From NCBI GenBank assembly GCA_033763315.1, contig JANRKS010000021.1:32001-96000 (forward strand): 64,000 bases of DNA, read 5' to 3'. Made by a program: the position numbers and the translations under genes. How positions within the stretch are numbered: the first letter of the stretch is position 1; the number at the start of each line of letters is the position of its first letter. Below the pieces are notes generated by a model, which worked only from the letters and a program-made list of their open reading frames with translations, was not told the origin of the DNA and did not search any database. The DNA is from Deltaproteobacteria bacterium. GTDB taxonomy: Bacteria > Myxococcota_A > Polyangia > Fen-1088. Of this stretch, positions 9,601-18,612 are shown one piece after another.

Positions 9601-10255
9601 AGTCGGTGAAGTTGAAGCTCGCACCATCGCCCGCCGTGGCATAGAGCGCGCCATCAGCGCCGAACTCCAAGCTGCCAACGGAGTGGCTGGGGAACTGCTG
9701 CGGCCAGTCCTCCACCAACACAACCTCATCACCCACCATCACGTTGCCGCTGATTGTGAGGCGCGACAGATGCCCACTGACGATGCATCCGTTCACCGTG
9801 GCTCCGGGCGGATTTGGGCACGTATCACCCCACCGGGGGGCGGTTGCGCCCAACGCGCCATCGAACGTGTAAAGCACGTAGATATACGGACGCGCAGGAA
9901 AAGCAGGATCCACCGCCAGCCCCAGCAGCCCGCGATCCCAGAAATTGTGGACCTTGACGCTGAGATCGGCCACCACCGTGGGCGTGGCGTCGGCCAGATC
10001 ATCAAACACCAAAATGCGCCCGCCCTTCTCGCCGACAAATATGCGGCCATCGGGCGCGAACCGCATCGTGGTGGGTTCGTTCAAACCCGAAAACACAACC
10101 ACATCTTGCAAACCGGCGCGCACCAATTGTTGCGCGACGGCTGGTGCAGAAGTGCTCGTGGCCTCGGGTGGCTTGTGGCAAGCCGATGCGGCAAAAGCGA
10201 TAAGACCGACGAAGGGCGCGTAAGAAAAATTTAAGCGAAGAATCATCGTGGACAT
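6674..10255 (-). CDS. PQQ-dependent sugar dehydrogenase (GSDH) + PKD + 3x PA14 lipoprotein
   Basis: Lipobox ASAC; DRGLLG, YGLRNPFR, WEEIN, NFGWPCYEG; PKD YAWDLDGDG; three GTGLxGEYF...SDDGxRL PA14 repeats. Confidence 0.9.
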   Translation of the reverse strand: MSTMILRLNFSYAPFVGLIAFAASACHKPPEATSTSAPAVAQQLVRAGLQDVVVFSGLNEPTTMRFAPDGRIFVGEKGGRILVFDDLADATPTVVADLSVKVHNFWDRGLLGLAVDPAFPARPYIYVLYTFDGALGATAPRWGDTCPNPPGATVNGCIVSGHLSRLTISGNVMVGDEVVLVEDWPQQFPSHSVGSLEFGADGALYATAGDGASFNFTDYGQSGDPPNPFGEPPGAVGTPLSAPTAAGGALRSQSPRRGGPVVLNGSVLRVDPDTGAASPGNPRYGDADANLARVVAYGLRNPFRMTVRPGTNELWIGDVGANDWEEINRVVDPTAGLTNFGWPCYEGAGKNNGFSSANLNLCNSLYAEGSATAPYYPYAHNSVVAPADGCGSGSSSVSGVAFYGAGSYPPDLHGALFFSDYSRRCIWAMRAGANGVPDPTSITPIVSAASSPVELRAGPNGDLFYVDLTGKIHRLRYLAPTALGTASPNQGPAPLAVTFDGSASTPGQPGEALTYAWDLDGDGLFNDATGPQASFTYTTPGTYNARLRVIDERGAAAESQPIVVQAGVTNEPPTVVIDAPASTLVWSVGETVVFAGHAIDAEDGALPPSALRWQFRMLHCPQLCHVHPVQTWDGVDSGTLTAPDHEYPSFMELVLTATDSSGATTSTSVRLDPRTVNLTLAANEPGLTLSLSGKSGVAPVNATVIVGSTQTISAPSPQSVAGSYHRFANWSDGLAASHNIVAPATATTYTATYARLGPAGTGLTGEYFSDMTLTSLQLTRLDSQVDFDWGAGAPAAQLPNDRFSARWTGAVRAPITGPVTFHVTSDDGQRLWVGGQLIIDDWVDHGPTERTATVNLTQDQIYDIKYEFYERGGGAAARLHWSGPGLARQAIPAASLFPPNTAVEGTGLRGEYFDDQDLAESKLVRVDSSVDFQWSNGSPDPTLGADTFSVRWTGKVRAPSTEAFTFYTISDDGIRLLINGVPLIDQWNDHAPTEHSGTINLVAGQTYDVVLEFFEAYGGATARLFWSTPTRAREIIPTALLYPTEPPVVPPGTGTGLRGEYFDGTAFDVSTLVRTDATVSFDWGQGSPEPSLAPDTFSVRWTGFVEAPNTETLTFYTRSDDGVRLRVGDQTLIDNWTLHAPTENVGSLSVVAGQKYPIVLEYFENYGGAVARLQWSSASMTKRDVPMSRLYPP

Positions 10256-10298
10256 GTAGCCGTCAAGGGGTGGTTCGCAAGAGCTGATTAAACCAGTC

Positions 10299-10344
10299 CC
10301 GTAAAGTTTACGGACGTGGTTCGTGGCGCTTTACAGAAGCGCCA
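10299..10344. promoter_or_regulatory. Two adjacent inverted repeats in the divergent GSDH/nhaA intergenic region
   Basis: CCGTAAA-G-TTTACGG (10299-10313) and TGGCGCTT-TACAG-AAGCGCCA (10324-10344). Confidence 0.35.
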
Positions 10345-10579
10345 TCACCAAGACGACAGACCGCAATTTTGTTCCCTTTGGTTCGCAAAAGAAGGCGAGC
10401 TTGGCTTGCTTATGGGTGCCGTCGAAACACGCTGGGATCGTTGAAGCGCCCCAAGCTGTATTTCGCGTGTGTAAAGCCAATTTTGCGGTTGTGCATACGA
10501 CCAACTTCCCTGAAGCAAAGCTGAAGCTGGAAGCGCAGCGCAGGGGCCAGCGATGGTGGCGCTGCTTGAAGGCAACTGT

Positions 10580-12022
10580 ATGCTAGCCGGGAAGATGCCG
10601 TCAGCTCAACTCGATCCGGTGACACCCGGCCCAAGCAGGCCCCCGGGCGCGTGGGGCCCCCTGCTTCGTTTCAAGCGGTTGGCGGGCTTGCCACTTGAAC
10701 GCTTTCTGAAAATCGAGGCGGCCAGCGGCGTGATGCTGCTGGTTGCAGCCGCCATCGCCTTGGCTTGGGCCAACTCACCCTTGGGTGAAACCTACCAGCA
10801 CTTTTGGCACGCACCGATTGGGATACGCGTGGCCTCGTGGTCGTTCGAACGACCGCTTGAATGGTACGTGAACGACGTCTTGATGGTGATCTTCTTTTTC
10901 CTCGTGGGGCTGGAGATTCGCCGCGAAATTCACCAAGGCGAGCTTTCCGAATGGCGCCGCGCCGCCCTGCCCGCCCTGGCCGCGGTGGGAGGCATGATCG
11001 CACCTGCCATCATCTATCTCATCATCGCGGGAAAGGGCGAAAGCCATTCAGGCTGGGGCGTGCCCATGGCCACGGACATTGCCTTCGCGGTGGGTGTGTT
11101 GGCGTTGCTTGGCAAACGCGTGCCACCGGCCCTGCGTGTGTTGCTGTTGGCGTTGGCCGTGATCGATGACCTTGGCGCGATTGTGGTGATCGCATTGTTT
11201 TATTCTTCGGGCATCAAGCTCATCGGCTTGCTGATCTTTGCGCTGGGCATCTGCGGGATGTTTGTGATGCAAGGCTGGGCGGTGCGGCACAAACTGGCGT
11301 ACGTTCTGCCTGCGTTCGTCACATGGTTGGGCGCTTACCTTGCCAACGTCCATCCCACGATTTCTGGTGTGGTGCTGGGGCTCATCACTCCCGTGGTGGC
11401 TTGGCTTGGCCCCACGGGGTTCGTAAAGGGCATCGAAGAAGAGCTGCGGCAGATTCACGCCGCCTGCGGCAAAGAACCCACACCGCTCGAATTGGCAGCC
11501 CCCCTTCGCCGCATCAACTTCGCGCGCCGCGAAGCCTTGTCGCCCGCGCAGAGCCTGATCGATACGTTGCACCCGTGGGTTGCGTATCTGATCATGCCTT
11601 TGTTCGCCCTGGCGAACGCCGGCGTGGCAGTGTCAGGCGTGGCCTTTGATCCGTTGTCACTTAAAATCACGCTTGGCGCGGGCTTGGGTTTGTTGATTGG
11701 CAAACCAATTGGCGTCGTGACGGCCTGCGTGTTGTCGATTCGTTTGCGCATTGCCACGCTTCCCTTGGGACTGGGCGCTCGTCACTTAACCGTGTTGGGG
11801 GTGACGGCCGGCATTGGCTTTACGATGGCGCTGTTCGTGGCGCAGCTGGCTTTCGACCAACCGGCCTTGCTGGCACCGGCGAAGCTTGGCGTGTTGATGG
11901 GCAGCAGTATGGCCGCCGTGTGTGGGCTCTTGCTCGGCCGGCTGCTGTTGCCCCGTGCCGCCGTGGTCGTGCCTGGCGCGGCCCAGACGGTCGATGAGGC
12001 CGAGCAATCCACCGTGGCGTAA
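10580..12022 (+). CDS. nhaA: Na+/H+ antiporter NhaA
   Basis: FFFLVGLEIRRE, GWGVPMATDIAF, ALAVIDDLGA, PLFALANAG, GIGFTMALF. Confidence 0.95.
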   Translation: MLAGKMPSAQLDPVTPGPSRPPGAWGPLLRFKRLAGLPLERFLKIEAASGVMLLVAAAIALAWANSPLGETYQHFWHAPIGIRVASWSFERPLEWYVNDVLMVIFFFLVGLEIRREIHQGELSEWRRAALPALAAVGGMIAPAIIYLIIAGKGESHSGWGVPMATDIAFAVGVLALLGKRVPPALRVLLLALAVIDDLGAIVVIALFYSSGIKLIGLLIFALGICGMFVMQGWAVRHKLAYVLPAFVTWLGAYLANVHPTISGVVLGLITPVVAWLGPTGFVKGIEEELRQIHAACGKEPTPLELAAPLRRINFARREALSPAQSLIDTLHPWVAYLIMPLFALANAGVAVSGVAFDPLSLKITLGAGLGLLIGKPIGVVTACVLSIRLRIATLPLGLGARHLTVLGVTAGIGFTMALFVAQLAFDQPALLAPAKLGVLMGSSMAAVCGLLLGRLLLPRAAVVVPGAAQTVDEAEQSTVA

Positions 12023-12063
12023 AGGGCGCGCCAACGCCGGCCGATTGTGGTCTACTTCAGACT

Positions 12064-12678
12064 GTGAAAGCCATTGGTTTGGCCGCTGTGTATCTAACGC
12101 TGCTCGCGGCGTCGGCCTGCACGTGGACGCAGAACGTGGATGGTTTGTTTTGCGAAAACAACTGTCATGGCGGTGATGCCGGTGCTGACGCGGCGTCGGC
12201 CGGCAAAGGCAAACTTTATGTGCTTGCGGCGAATGTGCTGAACGACATTAAAGCCAACCGCATACGGCTTGAGCTGCGGGTGGTGAATAATACGAACGCC
12301 GACGTGGCGCTCAGCGACTTGGCCCTGCGTTACTACTTCACGATCGACACCGGAACAAACCCCGAGTTTCAATGCAATTTCACGCCCTCCATGGCGCCGC
12401 CCTATGATTGCAAGAACCTCGTGGCCACGGTGCCTGTGCTTGCGGCGAGCACCCCCACGGCCGATCACGCCTTTCAGATCACTTTCGGCGCTTCAGCGGG
12501 CCTTCTGCGCGCGTTCGGGGGCGATTCGGGCGTGATGAAGGTTAGCCTTTCGTCCGGCGGCGAGGACTTTGATCAAAGCAACGATTACTCCTTCCGCCCC
12601 GGCAACGTTGAGCCTGCATTAAGTGAAACGATTACGATCACACGCGCGGGCAAGCTCGTCTGGGGTCAGGCGCCTTAA
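12064..12678 (+). CDS. Lipoprotein with CBM3-like cellulose-binding domain
   Basis: Lipobox ASAC; LSDLALRYYFT, DQSNDYSF and LVWG are typical CBM3 motifs. Confidence 0.8.
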   Translation: MKAIGLAAVYLTLLAASACTWTQNVDGLFCENNCHGGDAGADAASAGKGKLYVLAANVLNDIKANRIRLELRVVNNTNADVALSDLALRYYFTIDTGTNPEFQCNFTPSMAPPYDCKNLVATVPVLAASTPTADHAFQITFGASAGLLRAFGGDSGVMKVSLSSGGEDFDQSNDYSFRPGNVEPALSETITITRAGKLVWGQAP

Positions 12679-12717
12679 GCCGCAGCCGACGATTCAAGCC
12701 ACGCGATGTTCGCGGCA

Positions 12718-13524
12718 TCAAAAGACGCGGCCATACATCAAGACGGAACGACCGTTGCCCACGTCAAGCCACACGGGCAAAGCCAGGTCGTGCGTGTTGT
12801 TTGTTGTGTGAGGCGGATGCCACCACAACCACGCCGCCAAGGCGCCGAACGTGAGGCCCACGCCCAGACCAACGTCCGCAATCAAAAAATCGCGCGTTAG
12901 GCGATCGCGTTTCTGGGGAGCACAATTGGGCGCGCAACTGTCTTGCAGCTCTTGTTTGTAAATGAGGCCCAAGACGCCGAACGTGGCAAACGTCGCCGCG
13001 CCCGCGATGGCCGTTCCCGTGGCGGCCCAGCGCCATTTCGATGTCGAGCCTCCACCCGGTGTCACCCCAGGCGCGGGGGACGGTGTGTCTTGGCCGTGCA
13101 AGAGGATTGGTTGATCCTTGATCCCTTGCGACACCAAGACCGTGAAGCGTTGAGGAGGCCCATGGTTAAAGGCCACTTCAACTTGTTGCACGCCCGGGTT
13201 CACGGGTACCGAGCGGCCATCCCACGGCAACGTCCAAGCCACGCCGTTGACCTTTAGCGAGGTGACCGCACGAGGTTCAACGTCGGTAAACTTGAGGGTT
13301 ACGGTTGGTTGGCCCGCTTCAAGCTCGCTGAGCCAACGAACGCAGTCGCGTGCCAGCACCGCAGCACATGACGGTTGCGCACAGATCAGCGCCTGTTCAT
13401 GCGCGGCCAGCAAATCCCCTCCGCGCCGCAGACGTTGGGTGCTTTCGTAACTCTTAAGGCACATCTCCGTGTTCGCATCGGCTGCTTCCCCTGCGTGGGT
13501 CCACGCGAGCAAGCTTGCGAACAT
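12718..13524 (-). CDS. Myxobacterial exported/membrane protein (PEGA-like neighbour of kinases)
   Basis: Signal peptide, C..CA...C...RDC..W, Ig-like middle, C-terminal TM segments with CAPNC. Start at ATG 13524 avoids overlap with the kinase. Confidence 0.7.
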   Translation of the reverse strand: MFASLLAWTHAGEAADANTEMCLKSYESTQRLRRGGDLLAAHEQALICAQPSCAAVLARDCVRWLSELEAGQPTVTLKFTDVEPRAVTSLKVNGVAWTLPWDGRSVPVNPGVQQVEVAFNHGPPQRFTVLVSQGIKDQPILLHGQDTPSPAPGVTPGGGSTSKWRWAATGTAIAGAATFATFGVLGLIYKQELQDSCAPNCAPQKRDRLTRDFLIADVGLGVGLTFGALAAWLWWHPPHTTNNTHDLALPVWLDVGNGRSVLMYGRVF

Positions 13525-13546
13525 CAAGGCCGCCGCGCCGCCTTTG

Positions 13547-14965
13547 CTAAAAGCATTGCGGCTTTGGAACCCGGATGCCGTCCTTATCGACGGTGAACGG
13601 GTTTTCGCATTCGTCAATGTGCGCCGGCGCAACAACGCGCTTGGCAGCTTTGGTGGTTGGTTTGCGCGGAACGGGCGCGGGCGCGGCAGGGGCATGCGGT
13701 GGTTCCAGAATAACAGAGCTTGGCGCCGGCTCAGGTTTCATCTTTACCTGCGGCGGCGGTGTCTGCGGCACTTTGTGTGGGGGCGCAGCGCTGCGTGGTG
13801 TGGTGGACCACGGGCGCGCGATCATGAGGGTGCCCCCACCAATCACCAGGAGCGCAGCCGCGAGCCAAGCAACGGAGGCGCGCCGCCGAGGCGGGGTCCC
13901 CTGTGCGCCGGGCAGCGGGGCGGTGGGCTGCTCCGCATTCGTGAAAAAGCTGACCCGATCAGGAGCCGCGTTTATCGGAGCGGCGGCAGACGTCAGGCTG
14001 GCAACCCGCCTGGATTGGGCATCGATGTCCTGGCCACACAACGCACGCATGGCGGCGTCCACTTCACGCCGCGAGGCCAACATCACCGCCCCCTCAATCG
14101 CTTCGGCCATGTGCCTTGCGGACGCCGGACGATCGGCGGCCGTGGGCGCCAAAGCGGCGTCGATAACGTCGATCAAGGCCTGCGGCAGCGTGGCCGAAGG
14201 GATCAACGGTGCAATGGCGCGGGCTTTGACCTGCGCGTAAAGCGCCGCCTCATCGTCGGCCTCGAAGAGGCGTCGGCCCGTCAAACATTCCCACGCCACG
14301 ATGGCCAGCGCATGCACGTCGCTGCGGGCATCAATACCTATCTGCTGGATCTGCTCCGGGGACATGTACGAAAGCTTGCCCTTGAGCTCGCCATGCCCGG
14401 TGCGGCCCATGCGCCCAGCCATGTGGGCGATGCCGAAATCCAAAACCCGCGCGACGCCGTCTTCGCCGATCAGGATGTTCTGTGGCGATACGTCGCGGTG
14501 AACGATGCCAAGCGATTGACCATCTTCGCCGCGCGCGGTGTGCGCCGCATGCAGGCCTTCAAGGCAATCGACCAACACCCGCGACACCACGGGCACCGGC
14601 AAGGACGTTGCGGCGGCCCGGGCCCGCGACAACAGCCGCGACAGCGTGACGCCGGGAACAAAATCCATCACGATCGCCGCGCCGTCGTCATCCGCGATAA
14701 AATCGATGATGGGCACCACGTTCGGGTGCTGCACGCGCGCCAACACGCGCGCTTCGTCCAAAAACATCGCGGCAAACCGGGGATCTTCGGCGTCGTGACT
14801 GTGCATCCGCTTGATCGCCACCAAACGTTGCCAGCCCGCGGGTCCGCGCTGGCGCCCGAGATAAACGCGCGCCATGCCACCTGACGCCAATTCGCCCAAC
14901 ACTTGATACCGATCGGAGGCAGCGGCAGCCGTCATCACGTCACTTGCGCGGGCGCGCGAAACCAT
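13547..14965 (-). CDS. Ser/Thr protein kinase (Hanks type) with TM segment
   Basis: LASGGMARVY, VAIK, HRDVSPQN, DFG, YMSPEQ. Confidence 0.95.
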   Translation of the reverse strand: MVSRARASDVMTAAAASDRYQVLGELASGGMARVYLGRQRGPAGWQRLVAIKRMHSHDAEDPRFAAMFLDEARVLARVQHPNVVPIIDFIADDDGAAIVMDFVPGVTLSRLLSRARAAATSLPVPVVSRVLVDCLEGLHAAHTARGEDGQSLGIVHRDVSPQNILIGEDGVARVLDFGIAHMAGRMGRTGHGELKGKLSYMSPEQIQQIGIDARSDVHALAIVAWECLTGRRLFEADDEAALYAQVKARAIAPLIPSATLPQALIDVIDAALAPTAADRPASARHMAEAIEGAVMLASRREVDAAMRALCGQDIDAQSRRVASLTSAAAPINAAPDRVSFFTNAEQPTAPLPGAQGTPPRRRASVAWLAAALLVIGGGTLMIARPWSTTPRSAAPPHKVPQTPPPQVKMKPEPAPSSVILEPPHAPAAPAPVPRKPTTKAAKRVVAPAHIDECENPFTVDKDGIRVPKPQCF

Positions 14966-16244
14966 ACTGCTCCAACCGGTAAATCAACGACCGGCGCGAG
15001 ATCCCAAGCAGCGCGGCGGCGCGCGTTTGGTTGCCCTGGCACGAGGCCAACGCCTCCTCAATGCGTCGTCGTTCGGTGGCGGCCACGTCGTCGGCCAACG
15101 GTCGCGCCTCGATCGGTGACATAATGGTTTGCCCCGCCAAACGGAAGGCCGCGGTAACCTCGTGTGCGGTGAGAACATCTGTCGTGCACAAAGCGCAGGC
15201 GCGTTCGATCGTTGTTTTTAATTCGCGGATGTTGCCCGGCCACGCGTGCGCCATCAAGGCGGTCACCGCGGTGGCGTCAAGGCGCAAGGCGCGTGTGGTG
15301 TCGCGCGCCACGTCCGCCACGAAGGCAGCGGCCAGCGGCGCGATCTCTTCGCGACGTTCGCGCAGCGGGGGCACCGTCAAAGTGATGCCGTTAAGCCTGA
15401 ACCACAGATCCGAGCGAAAGCGGCCCTGCGCCACCTGCTCTTGCAAATTGGCGTGGCTGGCGGCGATGAAACGAACGTTGATGGTTTTGGGTGTGACGCT
15501 GCCCAAGCGCAACACCTCAAGGTTGCCCACCGCGCGCAGGAGCTTGGCTTGGGTGCCGAGCGGCAGATCAGCCACTTCATCCAGCAACAATGTGCCACCT
15601 TGCGCGGATTCGATAAGCCCTGGCTTGGCCGCCGCCGCGCCAGTGAACGCGCCTTTTTCAAAACCAAACAGCTCGGCGTCCACCGTAGATTCAGGAAACG
15701 CGGCGCAATTGATTCGCACGAATGGTTTGTCGGCGCGCGGGGATTCATCGTGAAGCTTGCGCGCCAACACCTCTTTGCCGGAGCCCGTTTCGCCCGCCAA
15801 GATCACGTTGAGATTTGATTTTGCCACCAAGGCGGTCAGCGCTTGCGTGTTGGGCAGCGCCGGCGCCGCGCCCGCGAGCTCCTGCGGCTCTTGCAACACC
15901 AACACGGCGTCGCCCAACGTGATCGACGAGCCCGCCGTGACCGCGGCCATTTCGCCCGACGCCAACCGGCGCCCATTGATGGTGACCCCGTGCGCGCTGC
16001 CCAAGTCGCAGATTGTGGTGATGCCGTTGCGGCGCTCCAATTGGGCGTGCCGACGCGAGACCGCGGCCGAGCCCAAGCGCACATCGCAATCCAAACCTCG
16101 CCCGAAGGTGACGCTGCCTTCGTCCGGCAAAGCGCCCTCGGTGTGCCCACCGGGCCACAAAGCCACGAACCGAGTGTGCACCACGGCCGCGTCGGCCACG
16201 AAGGCAATCCGCGAGCGGGTCTTTTCGTCTTCGCCGGAGGTCAT
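14940..16244 (-). CDS. FHA-domain sigma54-dependent transcriptional activator
   Basis: FHA (GR...VSRRHA...GSAHG); AAA+ GETGSGKE, GAFTGA, WPGNIREL; Fis-type HTH. Start ATG 16244. Confidence 0.93.
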   Translation of the reverse strand: MTSGEDEKTRSRIAFVADAAVVHTRFVALWPGGHTEGALPDEGSVTFGRGLDCDVRLGSAAVSRRHAQLERRNGITTICDLGSAHGVTINGRRLASGEMAAVTAGSSITLGDAVLVLQEPQELAGAAPALPNTQALTALVAKSNLNVILAGETGSGKEVLARKLHDESPRADKPFVRINCAAFPESTVDAELFGFEKGAFTGAAAAKPGLIESAQGGTLLLDEVADLPLGTQAKLLRAVGNLEVLRLGSVTPKTINVRFIAASHANLQEQVAQGRFRSDLWFRLNGITLTVPPLRERREEIAPLAAAFVADVARDTTRALRLDATAVTALMAHAWPGNIRELKTTIERACALCTTDVLTAHEVTAAFRLAGQTIMSPIEARPLADDVAATERRRIEEALASCQGNQTRAAALLGISRRSLIYRLEQYGFARPRK

Positions 16245-16300
16245 AACAGGGTTATTCGGTGTACCACAGAAGCATGGCGGTGCCCGCTTGACCGGCGTGG

Positions 16301-18232
16301 CTATGACACGCCCAAAGCCCGCGCCACGTGGAACGTCACAAACGCCGCGACGTAAGCCAACGCGTAAGAATAGCCCAGCACGAACGCAGGCCACTTCCAG
16401 CTGCGCGTCTCCCTTCGCAACGCAGAAACCGTGCTCATGCATTGGCACGCGAACACAAAGAAGGCCATCAACGCCAGGCCGCTGGCAGCGCCATAAATCG
16501 GCAGGCCGGCTGCATTTTTTGTTTCGCGCATCGATTGGGACAACCGCGCCACATCAGCTTCGCTGTCGCCTTCGATCCCGAAGATCACGCCCATCGTGCT
16601 CACCATCAGTTCGCGCGCACCGAACGATCCGATGAGGCCCACGTTGATTCGCCAATCGAACCCCAGCGGCGCGGTGAGCGGCTCAAGCGCGCGCCCCACA
16701 TGTGCCGCCACGCTTTGGTTCATCACCTCGGTTCGTGACGCTGGCCGCGCCGGCTCAGCGCCGCTGGCGGGCTTGCCGGGCAGCGTGGGGAGCGACAGCA
16801 ACACCCACAATACGGCGGAAACGGCCACGATCGTGGTGCCCACGTCGCGCAGGAACCGCACGCCGCTTTGCCACGCCACGCGGGCCACCTGCGGCACCTG
16901 GGGCAGGCGGTAAGGCGGCAACTCCAACACAAACGGCAACGAACGCCGGCGCTTGACCAACACGCGGCCAATCACGAACGACGCGAGCCCGGCGCCCACC
17001 AGGCCAAACAGATAAAGCGCCAAGAACAATAAGCCTTTGCCCCACGCCGCCATCCCCGGAAAAAACGCGGAGATCAAAAGCGCATAAGCGGGGATGCGGG
17101 CCGAGCATGTGGTCAGAGGCAAAACCAGCAACGTCAGCAAGCGCTCGCGTGGATCACGGATCGTGCGCGTGGCGGCGATGGCTGGCACCGCGCACGCGTG
17201 GCCCATCAACATCGGCATAAACGATCGGCCACCCAGCCCCGCCAACCGGAGCAGGCGTTCAACCAAGAATGCACACCGTGCCAGGTAACCCGAAGCTTCA
17301 ATCAGTTCAAGCGCCACGGTCAGCAGCAAGATCTGCGGAAGAAACTGCACCACCGTGCCAGCGCCGCCCAGGACGCCGTCATTGATAAACGATCCCAGCG
17401 CGCCTTCGCCCAAAGCGCGTGTGACACCTCGGGCGATCAAGCTCAATAAACCTTCCACGGCGATCGACGCTGGATCCGCCACCATGAACAAGGCCGTAAA
17501 CAACGACCCCATGGAGAACACAAAGACCAGGGGCCCGAGGACGGGGTGCATCAGCCAGCGGTCGAGTCGTTGCGTGGTTTGGTGCAACCGCAGGGGCGAG
17601 GCCGCACCCCTTTTCGGCAAGGCCGCGTCCGCCAAAGCACGCGCATCAAAATCCTCAGGCGCCGGGGGTACGCAGGCACGCGCCAATGATTCGAATACGT
17701 CAGAGACGCGGGCGCTGCCACGCGCACTGACGTAAGCGACGGGGGCGCCCACGCCTGCTTCCAGGGCTTTAACGTCAAGCCGCCGCCCTTCGGCGTCCAA
17801 CACATCTCGTTGGGTGGCCAAAAGCACAAACGGCATGCCCAAGGCGCGCAACTGGCGGGTCAGCGTGAGGCCCACCATTAAGTTGGTTGAATCGATCACC
17901 TGGGCCACGATCACGCGGCTGCCGGTTTCGGCGCGTGCCTTATCGAGGTAAGCGCGACAAACGCCTTCGTCCGATTGCGGATCGACATCCACGTTCAGGC
18001 TGTAGACGCCCGGAAGATCCACAAACACCGCGCGGCTGCCATCGGGCAGCGGCACGTCGGCCTCCAACACGTCAACCGTGATGCCGGGGTAATTGCCCAC
18101 GTGGGCGCGGCCACCGGTGAGGGCGTTGAACAACGACGATTTGCCGCTGTTGGGTCGGCCAATCAACAACACCTTAAGCGGTGCCCCCGGCGCCACCGGG
18201 GTGGCGACCGCATCGTGGCACGCGGCGCTCAT
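16301..18232 (-). CDS. feoB: Ferrous iron transporter FeoB
   Basis: GRPNSGKS, NYPGITV, DLPG, CAVPA, CSARIP, ELPPYR. ATG 18232 overlaps the feoA stop. Confidence 0.95.
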   Translation of the reverse strand: MSAACHDAVATPVAPGAPLKVLLIGRPNSGKSSLFNALTGGRAHVGNYPGITVDVLEADVPLPDGSRAVFVDLPGVYSLNVDVDPQSDEGVCRAYLDKARAETGSRVIVAQVIDSTNLMVGLTLTRQLRALGMPFVLLATQRDVLDAEGRRLDVKALEAGVGAPVAYVSARGSARVSDVFESLARACVPPAPEDFDARALADAALPKRGAASPLRLHQTTQRLDRWLMHPVLGPLVFVFSMGSLFTALFMVADPASIAVEGLLSLIARGVTRALGEGALGSFINDGVLGGAGTVVQFLPQILLLTVALELIEASGYLARCAFLVERLLRLAGLGGRSFMPMLMGHACAVPAIAATRTIRDPRERLLTLLVLPLTTCSARIPAYALLISAFFPGMAAWGKGLLFLALYLFGLVGAGLASFVIGRVLVKRRRSLPFVLELPPYRLPQVPQVARVAWQSGVRFLRDVGTTIVAVSAVLWVLLSLPTLPGKPASGAEPARPASRTEVMNQSVAAHVGRALEPLTAPLGFDWRINVGLIGSFGARELMVSTMGVIFGIEGDSEADVARLSQSMRETKNAAGLPIYGAASGLALMAFFVFACQCMSTVSALRRETRSWKWPAFVLGYSYALAYVAAFVTFHVARALGVS

Positions 18233-18495
18233 CGGATAAACGCGGCCGCAGGCACCACGTCGATGCCCAAGGCACAATCCAGATCCAGCGCAAACTCGGC
18301 GCCGCTGCCTGCGCGCACGTGCAACGGTCCGCCAAACGGCGCCCGCCGCAACACCACAACATCTTCCCCCACGGGCAGTCCCAAAGCGGCAAGCCACGCC
18401 ACCTGGTCGGGCGTCATGCGCACCCCGCAAATGCGGCCCGGTTGCCCATGAGCCATTGCGGACAACGGCTGGGGGGGGCGGGCGACGTGGGGCAT
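18229..18495 (-). CDS. feoA: FeoA family protein
   Basis: LAALGLPVG...RRAPFGGPL SH3-like pattern, coupled to feoB. Confidence 0.9.
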   Translation of the reverse strand: MPHVARPPQPLSAMAHGQPGRICGVRMTPDQVAWLAALGLPVGEDVVVLRRAPFGGPLHVRAGSGAEFALDLDCALGIDVVPAAAFIR

Positions 18496-18612
18496 CAAGG
18501 GTGGCACGGCCGAAGACACCAACTGAGACTAACATTCATTTTCAGCCCAGGCACGCGCCATTGTTGCCGCTTGCGTCCGCTTTCGTAAGGTACGGCGGCA
18601 AGGAAGCCACAC

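Noticed and set aside
13469-14884. 471-aa + strand ORF
   Set aside because: Antisense shadow of the Ser/Thr kinase; Arg/Gly-rich with no motifs, typical of GC-rich DNA.
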